A stretch of DNA of 64,000 bases from Armatimonadota bacterium (lineage in GTDB: Bacteria; Armatimonadota; UBA5829; DTLH01): the NCBI GenBank assembly GCA_038207085.1, contig JBBRAE010000009.1:1-64000 (forward strand), in the 5' to 3' direction. Of this stretch, positions 1 to 10,500 are shown piece by piece (the first letter of the stretch is position 1; every line of letters starts with the position of its first letter). The notes beneath the pieces were generated by a model that was not told the origin of the DNA, did no database searches, and worked only from the letters and a program-made list of their open reading frames with translations. Made by a program: the position numbers and the translations under genes.

Positions 1-51
1 CCCAAGTCAACGTCGATTTCACTCCCGACTCATATTTTCAAAAAGAATATA

Positions 52-80
52 TTGACATGTCGATGTTTATTGGGTATATT
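52..80 (+). promoter_or_regulatory. Sigma70-type promoter TTGACA-17bp-TATATT
   Basis: TTGACA at 52-57, 17-nt spacer, TATATT at 75-80. Confidence 0.7.
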
Positions 81-145
81 GCCAACACTTTCCTGCTTTT
101 GGGGGACGACTTGTCCGGCGCAAGCCGGTGAGAGGAGCGCAATAC

Positions 146-247
146 ATGCGCGGGTTGTCTGACAAGTGCAGTGGTAGTACCTCCGGCGGCGCAGCAGTTC
201 ACACCGCAAACATTTTGGGATGCTGCGGGAACGCCTATGCTCGCTAA
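146..247 (+). CDS. Putative 33-aa small peptide MRGLSDKCSGSTSGGAAVHTANILGCCGNAYAR
   Basis: AGGAG SD 8 nt upstream of ATG146, downstream of a strong promoter; below the ORF-track length cutoff. Confidence 0.3.
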   Translation: MRGLSDKCSGSTSGGAAVHTANILGCCGNAYAR

Positions 248-384
248 ATGGTCTAGGTCGTCCAAGTTAAGTTTCCGCAGCGCAGGCGACACACATGCAT
301 ACTGTAGACCCCAAAGCATTCGGCTGCGGGAACTTGGCTCGGCTGTCTTCGATCAATTTGCCGATGTCGTCGTTCCCGCAGCAT
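220..384. repeat. Four copies of GCTGCGGGAAC-like motif in alternating orientation
   Basis: ATGCTGCGGGAACG 220-233 is the exact reverse complement of 371-384; 269-281 pairs with 323-335. Confidence 0.6.
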
Positions 385-521
385 ATGAGAGCCGACCGCG
401 AAAGGCTTAACAAAGGGCTCAGTCCCCTTATTCCCCCAGTCCCCTTATTTCCCTTTCCCTTATTTCCCCAGCGTGCAAAATGTTGTGGCAGTCGAATATT
501 GAACTAAGCGGAGGAACCAAA

Positions 522-1532
522 ATGAAAAGAAGAGTCACGAAATACATTCTGACCGGGTGTGCGGTTGCTGCTATTGTGGCAGGTCTGGTTGTTGCCTCGA
601 CTTCAGGCCAAGACGCTGCGGTAATTCAGATGGTAAACGAAGGCACATCCCTGGCGACAGCGCGCGTTCACAGTGGTTGCGGCACCGTAACGGAAGACCT
701 ATGGCTGAAGAAGAACGATGGCGGGGTTCTTGAGACACAAACGGTGGATAGTGTTTGCTTTTCGGGAGACAAATATAGGCGTGAAGAGACTCGGGTCTGC
801 CTCAAGAACGAAGCGGGAGTTGGAACTGAGGCCGCATCGCTTATGCAGCCTGGCAGCCGGTTCACCAAAGTCGTAGCGTCGGATGGAGAAGAGCTCACCG
901 TCTATATGCCCGAGAGTAAGAAAGCAACCAAGACAAATGTCCCTGTCGGCAAGGCTCCCAATCAGCGGACCGCGATGGACGAATATATGCAATACAAACT
1001 GAGGACAGAGCTCATAATTCACGGCGGTTTGACGATTGCAAATATGGATGAGTTTGTTGCTTATCCCCCATCAAAGGATGCTGTCATCAGCGATTTCCAA
1101 GTGGTGAGCCGCGAGACGCTCTACAATGATGAGTGCATCATTGTAGAGCGAACTGTGCAGTATTCGGGCAAATCGGGTCAAACTGTCCTGCAGACTTGGC
1201 GCTTCTGGATTGATCCGGACAAGGGCTATCTCGTTCCATTGATTCGGCAGTGGATACAGACGGATACTGGCGAGAAGCATCTCACGGATGAGATAAAGAC
1301 GGAGATTCAACAGTATGACGGCTTTGGCTTGTGGATATCCCAGGTCACCGAGAGCAACTATCGCCCGGTCAAAGGCAGCGATCAGTATGAACTGAAATCC
1401 AAGACTGTCACCAAGATCGACCCCGCCTTCAAGTTCAACTCGGAGGTGGCTTCTGACAAGCTTATGCTTGTCTTGCCGCCCGGAACAGAAGTGCATGACG
1501 AGTCGTTGGATGCGTCCTACACAATGCCTTAG
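522..1532 (+). CDS. Secreted/membrane-anchored hypothetical protein, possibly LolA-like fold
   Basis: GGAGG SD before ATG522; N-terminal hydrophobic segment; WIDPDKGYL and LPPGTEVHD segments resemble LolA-like proteins. Confidence 0.65.
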   Translation: MKRRVTKYILTGCAVAAIVAGLVVASTSGQDAAVIQMVNEGTSLATARVHSGCGTVTEDLWLKKNDGGVLETQTVDSVCFSGDKYRREETRVCLKNEAGVGTEAASLMQPGSRFTKVVASDGEELTVYMPESKKATKTNVPVGKAPNQRTAMDEYMQYKLRTELIIHGGLTIANMDEFVAYPPSKDAVISDFQVVSRETLYNDECIIVERTVQYSGKSGQTVLQTWRFWIDPDKGYLVPLIRQWIQTDTGEKHLTDEIKTEIQQYDGFGLWISQVTESNYRPVKGSDQYELKSKTVTKIDPAFKFNSEVASDKLMLVLPPGTEVHDESLDASYTMP

Positions 1533-1579
1533 CTGCACTGCTGGATGTAGGCCACCAAACTGGTGGCCTACATCTCAAT

Positions 1580-2290
1580 TTGGAGGAACTTATGGTCACG
1601 TGCTCCCGCCAGCTACTTAATGCTGTGCTTCTCTGCCTGTCACTCATTGTTTCTGCACTAACGTCTTCTGCAGATTGTCCGGCCTGTGACAATGCTCGTC
1701 TCTGCGGCCCAAAATGCCTGCTTGCCGTCTGCAAAGAGTTCGAAATTGACGCAAACGTCGGCGAGCTTACTACCCTCTGCGGTACGGACAAACAAGGCTC
1801 CACTCTCGCGGGCCTCTCCAACGCTGCCAAATCCAAAGGCCTTGAGGCTATCGGCATGAAGATCAGCGTTGATGAACTTGCCGCGCTTAAGACTCCCGCC
1901 ATCGCGCATCTATGGGAGAGCCACTTCGTCGTTGTCGAAGCCGACGGCCAAGGCAAGCTGAACGTGCTTGACCCTCCTGCGGAGCCCAAGTCTATGACCG
2001 TTGCGGATTTCCAGAAAGAATACTCTGGCTTTGCCCTACTCGTCGCCAAGGATAAGGGCCTGTTCCCGGCAAGTGAAACCAAGGGGCCAGACCTCAGGGT
2101 TGCGCAGTACTCCTGGGACGTAGGGATGGTGGAAGAGGGGAGCCAGGTCACGCAAAGTATCGTCTGTCAGAATGTCGGCAACGAGGAGCTTGTGATCTCT
2201 AAGGCCGATTCGACCTGTGGCTGCACTACTCCCCTGCTCGCACAGGACAGGATACCGCCCGGAAGCCAAGCCGAGTTGCAGGTTGTTTGA
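1580..2290 (+). CDS. Signal peptide + peptidase C39 domain + DUF1573 domain; probably C-terminally truncated (start may be ATG1592)
   Basis: CGPKCL...AHLWESHFVVV...VLDP C39 motifs; NVGNEELVISKADSTCGCT DUF1573 motif; stop codon lies inside a repeat element. Confidence 0.75.
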   Translation: MEELMVTCSRQLLNAVLLCLSLIVSALTSSADCPACDNARLCGPKCLLAVCKEFEIDANVGELTTLCGTDKQGSTLAGLSNAAKSKGLEAIGMKISVDELAALKTPAIAHLWESHFVVVEADGQGKLNVLDPPAEPKSMTVADFQKEYSGFALLVAKDKGLFPASETKGPDLRVAQYSWDVGMVEEGSQVTQSIVCQNVGNEELVISKADSTCGCTTPLLAQDRIPPGSQAELQVV

Positions 2291-2352
2291 TTCTTCGGCC
2301 CTCGGTTTGTTGGGCCGAAGCTCTCAGCGACAGCACTCTCTGTCGAGAGTGC
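2286..2352 (+). repeat. 67-bp double-hairpin repeat, copy 1
   Basis: Nearly identical to 4564-4631 (1 substitution, 1 indel); hairpins CTTCGGCCC/GGGCCGAAG and GCACTCTC/GAGAGTGC. Confidence 0.9.
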
Positions 2353-2420
2353 GATAGCCGCCGGGTGTAATATGCGCCCGCCTGTTCGTTGAAGCGCGAC
2401 AGTTTTATCTGTGCTTACCC

Positions 2421-2466
2421 GATAAGCTGGCTTCGGCGCAAAAGGCGGCGCCGAAGCCAGCTTATC
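2421..2466. terminator. Long perfect hairpin downstream of the convergent beta-helix gene
   Basis: GATAAGCTGGCTTCGGCGC ... GCGCCGAAGCCAGCTTATC inverted repeat. Confidence 0.6.
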
Positions 2467-2507
2467 CTTGTATAGTGTGTGGGGGGCCGGAGGGATCTGA
2501 CTGCTGG

Positions 2508-4457
2508 CTATTTCCCCGGCCCGACTCCTGACAGGTCGATTGGCTTGAACCCCAGCTTCAGCGCGGGTGAATCGGGGTGCAGATGGAAGTCGTGGTTTGC
2601 TGAGTCGACGAATTTGGGATCGGCTATGATGCTGTTGACATCGTTTCCGCGCTTGCGCCAGTCTTCTAGAGTTGCCCCGGCAAAGTCGGGGGTTTTGCCG
2701 TTCAGGTTCCAGTAGATGTTTTTGTCCATCTTGAACTTGTCATCTTTCCAGTTGCTTCCCAATAGCACGCCCTTGTCGTAAATTACGATGTTGTTCTCAA
2801 AGATGAAGGAGATGTGCTCTTCCATGCGGGTGCGCTGGAGTTGGTATTCTTTGGCGAAGGCAAAGATGTTGTTTCGGATGATGTTCTCCTTGCCGTAGTG
2901 CTGGTGGAAGCCGCCGGTATTGGTGTTGTAGACCACGTTGTTTTCGATCAGCACGTCGCTTGAGCCCTCGTCGGTGTAGATGCCCCATCCTCCATAGCCG
3001 TAGGACTGACAGTCGTGGATCAGGTTGTGTGTGAACCTGGTGCCGGGGGAGATGCCGAGGTTATAGATGCCGCCCATATCGCTCAGGAGCCCGCGGCCTA
3101 TGTTGTAGATGTGATTGTATTCGACCCAGTTGTCCACGGCGTTGCTTGGCCCGTAGCCCCAGGTCCAGCCCAGGGAGACACCTGTGTAGTAGAGATCGTG
3201 GATATTGTTGTGGAGTATGCGGTTGTGGCCGGATTTGCCTATCCATACCCCGATGCCACTCATGAATATTTTGCCGCCGTGGGATATCTCGCAGTTGGTG
3301 ACCGAGGTGGACTCGCTGCCATGGCCGATCTTGATTCCACCTGCGCCCAGGTCCGTTATGTTACACCGATCAACGGCGTTACCCTTGCAGCCGGCACCGA
3401 ACTCGATTGCATAGGTGCCGATCTGTGAGATATCGCAACTGTCCATGCCGCAACGCTCAGCGTGCTCGAAGTGGACAGCTCCCGGCACGCCGTATGCGGC
3501 TTGGAAAAAGCCTGCTTTACCGCTGGGAAGCTCATACTCCGTGTGAGCGAAGCCGATGTTCTTGAAAGAGATATTCTCTGCTTTTTCCTTGTCGCTGCCT
3601 TTGACTACGATCAACTGCGTCAGTCTCGGTGCGACGAATGACTCTCGCTTCCAATCTTCGCCGATAGATGGATAGTAGTAAAGGACGCCTGCTTTGCGAT
3701 CCATGTACCATTCACCGGGGCGGATCGCCTCGAACACATTCTCCACCCAGTATCTCGCGCCAACGTTCGGATCAAACGCTTCAGACAGCCTGAAAGTGGC
3801 CGGTGCCTGCAACTCGACGATGTTTTTCGAGTCATCCACCGACTTCATCGGCATCCGCGATTCTATCCAAAAGTGAAACGCCAGTACGTCAACATCCTGA
3901 AGATTGTGCCAAGTCGGTTTGATCTCACCAGGGTTGAAGCGGAACTTGCGCTCGCCCCCGTTCCAAGGCTCTCCCTCCAGTGTGTCCATACGCTGAACAA
4001 CCTGGTAGTAGCCCTTTCTCGGCAAGCGAGGACGCATCGCCCGGCGGCCGTTCACAAAAAGCTGCGAGAAGCGCCACTTGCCATCGCGGATTTCGGGCAG
4101 GTCGACAGCGATCAGCTTCTTTCCGTCGACTTCCACCGGCTTGAAGCCTTCAATGACCTTGCCGCCGCTCAGTGTGGCCTTACCATCTGAACCAACAAAC
4201 AGGATATTGGAGTCCTGAGGGCCTAGCAGAAGTGGTTCATCCAGGTAGATTACTCCCTTGGGAACGACTATCATCGCGTGGCTCACGGCTTTTCCCCCGG
4301 CTCTTGCTCTACGCACGGCATCCACCGCTTGTGCCGGTGTTTTCAGCTCACCGTCAGGCGATATCGCATACACATCTGGTTTTGAGGCTGACGCAGAACC
4401 GTTTCCAAAGGTAGACGAAACAAAAAGACACATAATTGTTAGCACCAGTATTCTCAA
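2508..4457 (-). CDS. Secreted right-handed parallel beta-helix glycoside hydrolase/lyase (GH141-like)
   Basis: Signal peptide; QLFVNGRRAMRPRLP, ENVFEAIRPGEWY, LSDMGGIY, GIYTDEGSS motifs; beta-helix repeats. Confidence 0.85.
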   Translation of the reverse strand: MRILVLTIMCLFVSSTFGNGSASASKPDVYAISPDGELKTPAQAVDAVRRARAGGKAVSHAMIVVPKGVIYLDEPLLLGPQDSNILFVGSDGKATLSGGKVIEGFKPVEVDGKKLIAVDLPEIRDGKWRFSQLFVNGRRAMRPRLPRKGYYQVVQRMDTLEGEPWNGGERKFRFNPGEIKPTWHNLQDVDVLAFHFWIESRMPMKSVDDSKNIVELQAPATFRLSEAFDPNVGARYWVENVFEAIRPGEWYMDRKAGVLYYYPSIGEDWKRESFVAPRLTQLIVVKGSDKEKAENISFKNIGFAHTEYELPSGKAGFFQAAYGVPGAVHFEHAERCGMDSCDISQIGTYAIEFGAGCKGNAVDRCNITDLGAGGIKIGHGSESTSVTNCEISHGGKIFMSGIGVWIGKSGHNRILHNNIHDLYYTGVSLGWTWGYGPSNAVDNWVEYNHIYNIGRGLLSDMGGIYNLGISPGTRFTHNLIHDCQSYGYGGWGIYTDEGSSDVLIENNVVYNTNTGGFHQHYGKENIIRNNIFAFAKEYQLQRTRMEEHISFIFENNIVIYDKGVLLGSNWKDDKFKMDKNIYWNLNGKTPDFAGATLEDWRKRGNDVNSIIADPKFVDSANHDFHLHPDSPALKLGFKPIDLSGVGPGK

Positions 4458-4563
4458 CGTTGTTCTCTCCCACGTGCAGCTTGATTGTCAGGCCTCGGCG
4501 GCGAAGCGTATCAGCCAAACGTAGTATATCACAGGGTTGAGCTGCCGTGAAGGATCATCGGGC

Positions 4564-4631
4564 TTTGATTCTTCGTCCCTCGGTTTGTTGGGCCGAAGCT
4601 ACTCAGCGACAGCACTCTCTGTCGAGAGTGC
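4564..4631 (+). repeat. 68-bp double-hairpin repeat, copy 2
   Basis: Direct repeat of 2286-2352. Confidence 0.9.
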
Positions 4632-4840
4632 AGGGGTAATCAGCAAAGTAAAGTGGTAAAATACGAGTGCCCTCATGCATTCACAATGCTGAATATGTTC
4701 AGCCGTGATGATTCTGAGTGCGGCGGGGGCAATCTTGCCGCCCGATTTCCACTGACACCGCCAGTTCAATAGTTAACAACGCGCCTCTTGACCATATCGC
4801 CTCGTGAAGGGTAGAATTGAATGGCTTTTTCTTTTAGTAT

Positions 4841-6187
4841 ATGGAGGACCGATTATTGGCTGAAGCTACTCCTGTCACGATGGATAAGATTGTTGAGCTG
4901 TGCAAAAGGCGCGGCTTTGTTTTTCAGTCCGGTGAGATTTATGGCGGCATCGGAAGCACCTGGGACTACGGCCCCTTGGGCGTCGAGCTGAAAAGAAACA
5001 TCAGAGACGCCTGGTGGAAGGAAAACGTTCGGATGCGCGACGACGTGGTCGGGCTTGAGGCGGCTATCGTCACAAACCCCCGCGTCTGGGAGGCTTCCGG
5101 CCACGTTTCGGGGTTCTCCGACCCTATGGTCGACTGCAAGGAGTGCAAACAGCGTTATCGCGCCGATCAGCTCGAAGGCGACAAGTGCCCGGCCTGCGGC
5201 GGTGAGCTGACCAAGGCCCGCCAGTTCAACCTGATGTTCAAGACCTTTATGGGGCCGGTCGAAGACAGCGCAGCGGTCGCGTATCTGCGGCCTGAGACCG
5301 CCCAAGGGATGTTTGTAAACTTCAAGAATATCCACAATGCGACGCGCAAGAAGCTTCCTTTTGGAATCGCGCAGATCGGCAAGTCGTTCCGAAACGAGAT
5401 CACGCCGGGGAACTTCATCTTCAGGACGCGGGAGTTTGAGCAGATGGAGATCGAGTTCTTCGTCATGCCCGGAACCGACGAAGAGTGGCACCAGCACTGG
5501 ATCGACTCGCGCTGGAACTGGTATATGAAGCTCGGCATGACCCCCGAGCGCCTGAGACTGCGTCCCCATGAAGCCGACGAGCTCGCATTCTACTCCAAGG
5601 CGACGACCGACATCGAGTATCTGTTCCCGATCGGCTGGTCCGAGCTTGAGGGCGTCGCCAACCGGGCTGATTACGACCTCAAACAGCACATGGAGCACTC
5701 GGGCGAGAACCTGACCTATTTCGACGACGCGACAGGCGAGAGCCTCGTGCCCTACTGCATCGAGCCTGCGGGCGGCGTCGACAGGTGCCTGTTGGCCTTC
5801 CTGATCGACTCCTACAACGAGGAAGTGATCCAAAAAGAGAGCGGCAAGACCGACAAGCGAACGGTGCTCAAGCTCCACAAGGCGCTCGCGCCGATCAAGG
5901 TCGCCGTGCTCCCGCTTCTGCGCAACCGCCCGGAGATCGTAGAGACCGCAAAGAACCTCGCAGCGGAGCTTAGGCCCCACATGACGACGATGTACGACGA
6001 CACCGCCTCAATCGGCCGCCTCTACCGCAGGCAGGACGAGATCGGGACGCTGTGGTGCATCACCGTAGACGTCCAAACGGTCGAAGAGGACCAGATGGTC
6101 ACCATCAGAGATCGAGACACGATGGAGCAAATCCGGGTGCCGATCACTGAGGTCAAGGACCTGCTGGTTCAGAAGCTGAATTCCTAA
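4841..6187 (+). CDS. glyQS: Glycine--tRNA ligase, homodimeric (alpha2) type
   Basis: CKRRGFVFQSGEIYGG, YLRPETAQG, GKSFRNEITPGNFIFRTREFEQME motifs; C-terminal anticodon-binding domain. Confidence 0.97.
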   Translation: MEDRLLAEATPVTMDKIVELCKRRGFVFQSGEIYGGIGSTWDYGPLGVELKRNIRDAWWKENVRMRDDVVGLEAAIVTNPRVWEASGHVSGFSDPMVDCKECKQRYRADQLEGDKCPACGGELTKARQFNLMFKTFMGPVEDSAAVAYLRPETAQGMFVNFKNIHNATRKKLPFGIAQIGKSFRNEITPGNFIFRTREFEQMEIEFFVMPGTDEEWHQHWIDSRWNWYMKLGMTPERLRLRPHEADELAFYSKATTDIEYLFPIGWSELEGVANRADYDLKQHMEHSGENLTYFDDATGESLVPYCIEPAGGVDRCLLAFLIDSYNEEVIQKESGKTDKRTVLKLHKALAPIKVAVLPLLRNRPEIVETAKNLAAELRPHMTTMYDDTASIGRLYRRQDEIGTLWCITVDVQTVEEDQMVTIRDRDTMEQIRVPITEVKDLLVQKLNS

Positions 6188-6193
6188 GAAACA

Positions 6194-6260
6194 GGGATTA
6201 GGGGTTGGAGGCTTGGGGCTGGTTTTGCCCAACCCCTAACCTCTAACCCCCATCCCCTAA
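6194..6260. repeat. G-rich heptamer array followed by complementary C-rich array
   Basis: GGGATTA GGGGTTG GAGGCTT GGGGCTG ... CCCAACC CCTAACC TCTAACC CCCATCC CCTAA. Confidence 0.7.
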
Positions 6261-6261
6261 C

Positions 6262-7287
6262 ATGACTATTCGAGAGCAATACGAACAACTAGAGCGGGAA
6301 ATTCTTTCTCCCCATGCCGCGCTGGCAGCCGAATCCAAAGGCAGGCAGCGGCCTGAGGAGGAGGACCCCGTCCGCACGGATTATCAAAGAGACCGTGACC
6401 GCATCATCCACTCCAAGGCGTTTCGTCGGCTGAAGCACAAGACTCAGGTGTTTATCGATCCCGAAGAGGACCACTATCGGACTCGTTTGACGCACACGCT
6501 TGAAGTTTCGCAGATCGCTCGGACGATATCTCGGGCGCTTCGCCTAAACGAAGACCTGACGGAAGCGATTGCGCTTGCCCATGACCTTGGGCACACGCCG
6601 TTTGGTCACGTTGGGGAGGCGGCGATCGATGAGGTGCTCCGCGAATACGTGCCGGAGGGGCGGTTTCATCACGCCGCGCAGAGCCTGCGGGTGGTCGACT
6701 GCCTGGAAAACCGGGGAATGGGCCTCAACCTCACTTGGGAGGTGCGTAACGGCATCGAGCACCACTCCAAGGGTCGAAGCGACCTCGGAATAGACCTCAG
6801 AGGCCCCGCGACACTTGAAGGCAAGGTCGTTCGGATCGCAGATAGAATAGCCTACATCAACCACGACATCGACGACGCCATCCGCGCGGGGATCATCTCA
6901 GACTCCGATATCCCCGAGGAGTGCACGAGGGTCGTCGGATACCGCTACTCAGAGCGCATCGCCAAGATGGTGATGGACGTCATCACCGCAAGCTTGGGGA
7001 AGAACTCGATCTCGATCAGCGAAAGCCACAGGCGCGCGATGAACACGCTCAAGGATTTTCTCTTCACCCGAGTCTACACCGTTGACCACCCCGGCCTGGC
7101 CGAGCTTTTTGAGGCAGGAGAAATGCTGAAAAAGCTCTTCCGACACTACATGGAGCATCCGGAGGGCGTCCCCATCATCTGCGCGGGTGATATCGAAACG
7201 ACCGAGGCCCGCGCAGTCGCCGTCTGCGACTTCATCGCAAGCATGAGCGACCGTTATGCTTATAAGGTGTTCGCTTCGCTTGTATAA
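6262..7287 (+). CDS. dgt: Deoxyguanosinetriphosphate triphosphohydrolase (HD family)
   Basis: RDRDRIIHSKAFRRLKHKTQV, RTRLTHTLEV, AHDLGHTPFGH motifs. Confidence 0.95.
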   Translation: MTIREQYEQLEREILSPHAALAAESKGRQRPEEEDPVRTDYQRDRDRIIHSKAFRRLKHKTQVFIDPEEDHYRTRLTHTLEVSQIARTISRALRLNEDLTEAIALAHDLGHTPFGHVGEAAIDEVLREYVPEGRFHHAAQSLRVVDCLENRGMGLNLTWEVRNGIEHHSKGRSDLGIDLRGPATLEGKVVRIADRIAYINHDIDDAIRAGIISDSDIPEECTRVVGYRYSERIAKMVMDVITASLGKNSISISESHRRAMNTLKDFLFTRVYTVDHPGLAELFEAGEMLKKLFRHYMEHPEGVPIICAGDIETTEARAVAVCDFIASMSDRYAYKVFASLV

Positions 7288-7547
7288 CTCCTTCGGTTCA
7301 TAACTCACCGCATTAGCTCTATCATAATACTCGCCAACAATGCGTTCGGGGAATGGGGTACAGGTCACGGCTCCCATACCCTGTAATCTAGGAGCGCGGG
7401 ATTCATATTTTGTTGGAAAAAGTGCAGAGTTTGTTTTCTGGAACTGCAACAATTGCTGCATTGGGGCGTCTTTGGTTTGTAATACAATCGTATGTCGAGT
7501 ACATGCGATTGCCTGTTTGGGAAACCCAACTCGAAAGGATAATCAGC

Positions 7548-10500
7548 ATGCGTCGTAATTTCGTTCTTCTGGCCATCTGTCTTGCGGTGGCCGCCTGCGC
7601 TGTGTCGACCGCCTTTGCCGGGGCCACAGCCAAGTTTTCCGATGACCAAGTCGGTAAATACACCATCCCCTACATCTCCAAATCGCCCACAATCGACGGG
7701 GTGATCGGGGACGTTGAGTGGAAAGATTCGGTCAAGGTGATGGGGGTCATCGGTCTCCACTACGGAGGCCAGTTCATAGATCGCCCCATATCCTTTAGGG
7801 TTGCCTGGGACGAGCGGCACCTTTACATCGCCGCCCGCACCGACATCCTCCCTGGCCACAGGCTCTACCGCCAGAAACGCGAGCGCTATGACACAGGCGT
7901 AGTCTATGACGACTCCTGGGAGTTCGGCATATTCATGCACGACCGCAACAAAAAGGCGGGCGAGGCGAGTGGCTTTATGAAGCTTGTCGTCAACTCGCTT
8001 GGCTCGGGTGAGTATATGAAGCTCTACCCCTCGATCGGGCAGAACATGTACAACTGGCAGCCGGATATGCAGATACAGAACCGTCTCTACAAGGTAGATG
8101 GACGCGAGTGGTGGGACATTGAGATCGCCGCCGACCTCGAAGACCTTGAGATGCCTGTTGAGAACAAAGTGGGCGACAAGGTCGACTTGCTCTTTGCAGC
8201 CGACGTGAAAAACCCCGGCTGGCAGTGGCTCGACTACCCGAGCGCCTCACTTCACCTCGAACACTACGGTTTTCCGCGGGCGATTCTCACAAAAGATCAG
8301 CCCTACATCCAGATCGAGCGCTTTTCGGGCCTTTCCGACAACAAGATCGACCTGAAAGCGGTCATCTACAACCCCGGCGACAAGCCCGCGGCGCTCGACG
8401 CAAAAGTTACGGTCGACTTCTACCCCACAGGTAAAGAGGGTGAGAAGACGCAGTCCGTTGTCGACGACATGCGCACTGTCACCGTTCCTGCAAAGGGCAG
8501 TGTGCGCTTCGACCTCGACAAAAGCTTCCCCGAGATTAAGTATCCCAAGACCACCTGGGGAACTTTCCAGAACTATTCGCTCTATCGCATCAACATAGCG
8601 TCCGCCGGGGATGCTTCGGCTGCGCCTGTATATTATTATGAGTGCAAGTTCGCCGGTCCCGACACGACCAACCTCACGGCCATACCGCGGACGGCCGTGT
8701 TTGACTGCGAAATGCAGTATAACCCCGTAAACGGCCACTTACTTCTCTCAGGCGACACGCTCGACGCGCAGATTCCCTCGGGAACCAAAGTAGCGGCGAT
8801 GACCTACGCGGTTACCAGAGACGGTGAAACTGTCAAACAGGGGAAGATCACTCAGTACGTCAACTACAAGTATGAGGACATGATCGTCCTGCCCAACCTC
8901 GCGTCCGGTGAATACAAGGTGAAGCTTACCCTTGTCGACGCAAGCGGCAGGGAACTGGTGTCGCTCGACGACATCAAGTTCTCAAAGAAAGACGAAGCAA
9001 AAGATTACTCAGCCTGGTGGAACAACAAGCTCGGAGACTCTGACAAGGTGCTGAAGCCGTTTGCTCCGCTTGTGGTCAAGGCAAACTCAGTCACCTGCAC
9101 CCGCCGCGAGTACAAAATGGACTCGCTCGGTCTGCCCGCGCAGATCATCTCAAACGGCGGCAAGCTCCTCACCCGCCCCGCACAAATCGTCCTAACGATC
9201 GGGGGCAAGGAGTACGCCGTTCCCGTCAAGGGGACGGTCAAGTTCACGAGCAAGAAGGACTACAGAGTCGAGTTTGTCGGCCCGAAGACCGAGGTCGCGG
9301 GTGTAGTATTCTCTTCCAAGGGTTGGATGGAACAGGACGGACTGGTCAATATCGACCTCACCTACGCTCCCAAGTCCAAGCCCGTCCAAGTCCAGGCGAT
9401 GCGGGTCGAGTGGCCTGTGGACGGCGCTATGGGGAGCTGGATGAACTGCATCGGCGGTATCGGCGGCAACTATGCCCCCCGAACCATCGGCAAGGTTCCC
9501 GGTGGCAAGGGAATGGTCTGGGACACGCTCTCTGGGATCGGCAAGGCCGGTTCGACTATGATCGTCGGCAACTGGGAGAGCAACCTCTGGGTCGGAAACG
9601 AGTACAGGGGCCTGTGCTGGTTTGCAGACAGTGACAAGGGTTGGGTCCCGAACGACAAGATCCCGGCGCACGCACTTGTTCGCAAAGGCAATGAGGTCGC
9701 GATCTGCAACAACATCATCGGTCAGACCAAGGGCGAAGCGGCGTTCAAGCTTTCTTCGGCGCGCACGATTCAGCTTCAGTATAACGCCACCCCGTTCAGA
9801 CATCTCGCCAAAGGTTGGAGACTGAACCAGGTCTCGGCTGCAAACGGCTTTTCAGCGTCCTACTACAAGACCAACGAGAAGACCAAAGAAGACTATTTCT
9901 CGATCCTCTGCATGCCAAGTAGCGACACCAACGATTGGCCCTACTACTACGATAAATACAAGAAATCAGCTGAAGAGAACTCCAAAAAGGGTTTCTACAG
10001 CATAGGCCCGCGCCTGACTTGGTTCCTCACAAACCAGATCGCTCTTCGCGGCTACATGGATAAGACCCTGGAGCCCGGCCTGTACGACTACTTCCGAGCA
10101 GACTGGGTCCCCGGCAATGAGTCACTGAACAAGAGCTACACGGACTACATGATTTACCTGATGAACCGCCATATGAGAGAAGGCGGCGTCACTCATTACT
10201 ACTTCGATATCAGCTTCTCGCGCGACGCCGTGAGCCTGCCTGCAGGCCTTGGCTACAGGCTCCCCGATGGGCGCGTCCAGCCGACAAGTATGGACGGCAC
10301 GCTTCGCGATTGGTACAAGCGAGTCTGGGCGCTTGCCCAGGAGAACGATCTCTACCCCGGAGCGGTCTCAGGGCACGCGACAAACTCCATCTGTCTAAGA
10401 GCCCTTCCCTGGGCGGACGCGATTCTTGACTCCGAGTACCCCATGCAGGACCCGATCACGGTCTATCCTCCCGACAGGATGATCGCCGCGTCTTATCCTG

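Noticed and set aside
2286..4631. Integron attC cassette
   Set aside because: Repeats lack RYYYAAC/GTTRRRY core ends and no integrase is present
4632..4840. T-box riboswitch upstream of glyQS
   Set aside because: No T-box motif or terminator seen; a TTGACC-18-TAGAAT promoter lies just upstream of the start
4853..5980. Long antisense ORFs (also 24015-24989, 58930-59982, 21842-22612)
   Set aside because: Shadow frames of well-supported genes in GC-rich codon usage
6262..7287. dGTPase as an anti-phage nucleotide-depletion system
   Set aside because: Short housekeeping-type Dgt directly downstream of glyQS; no defence context
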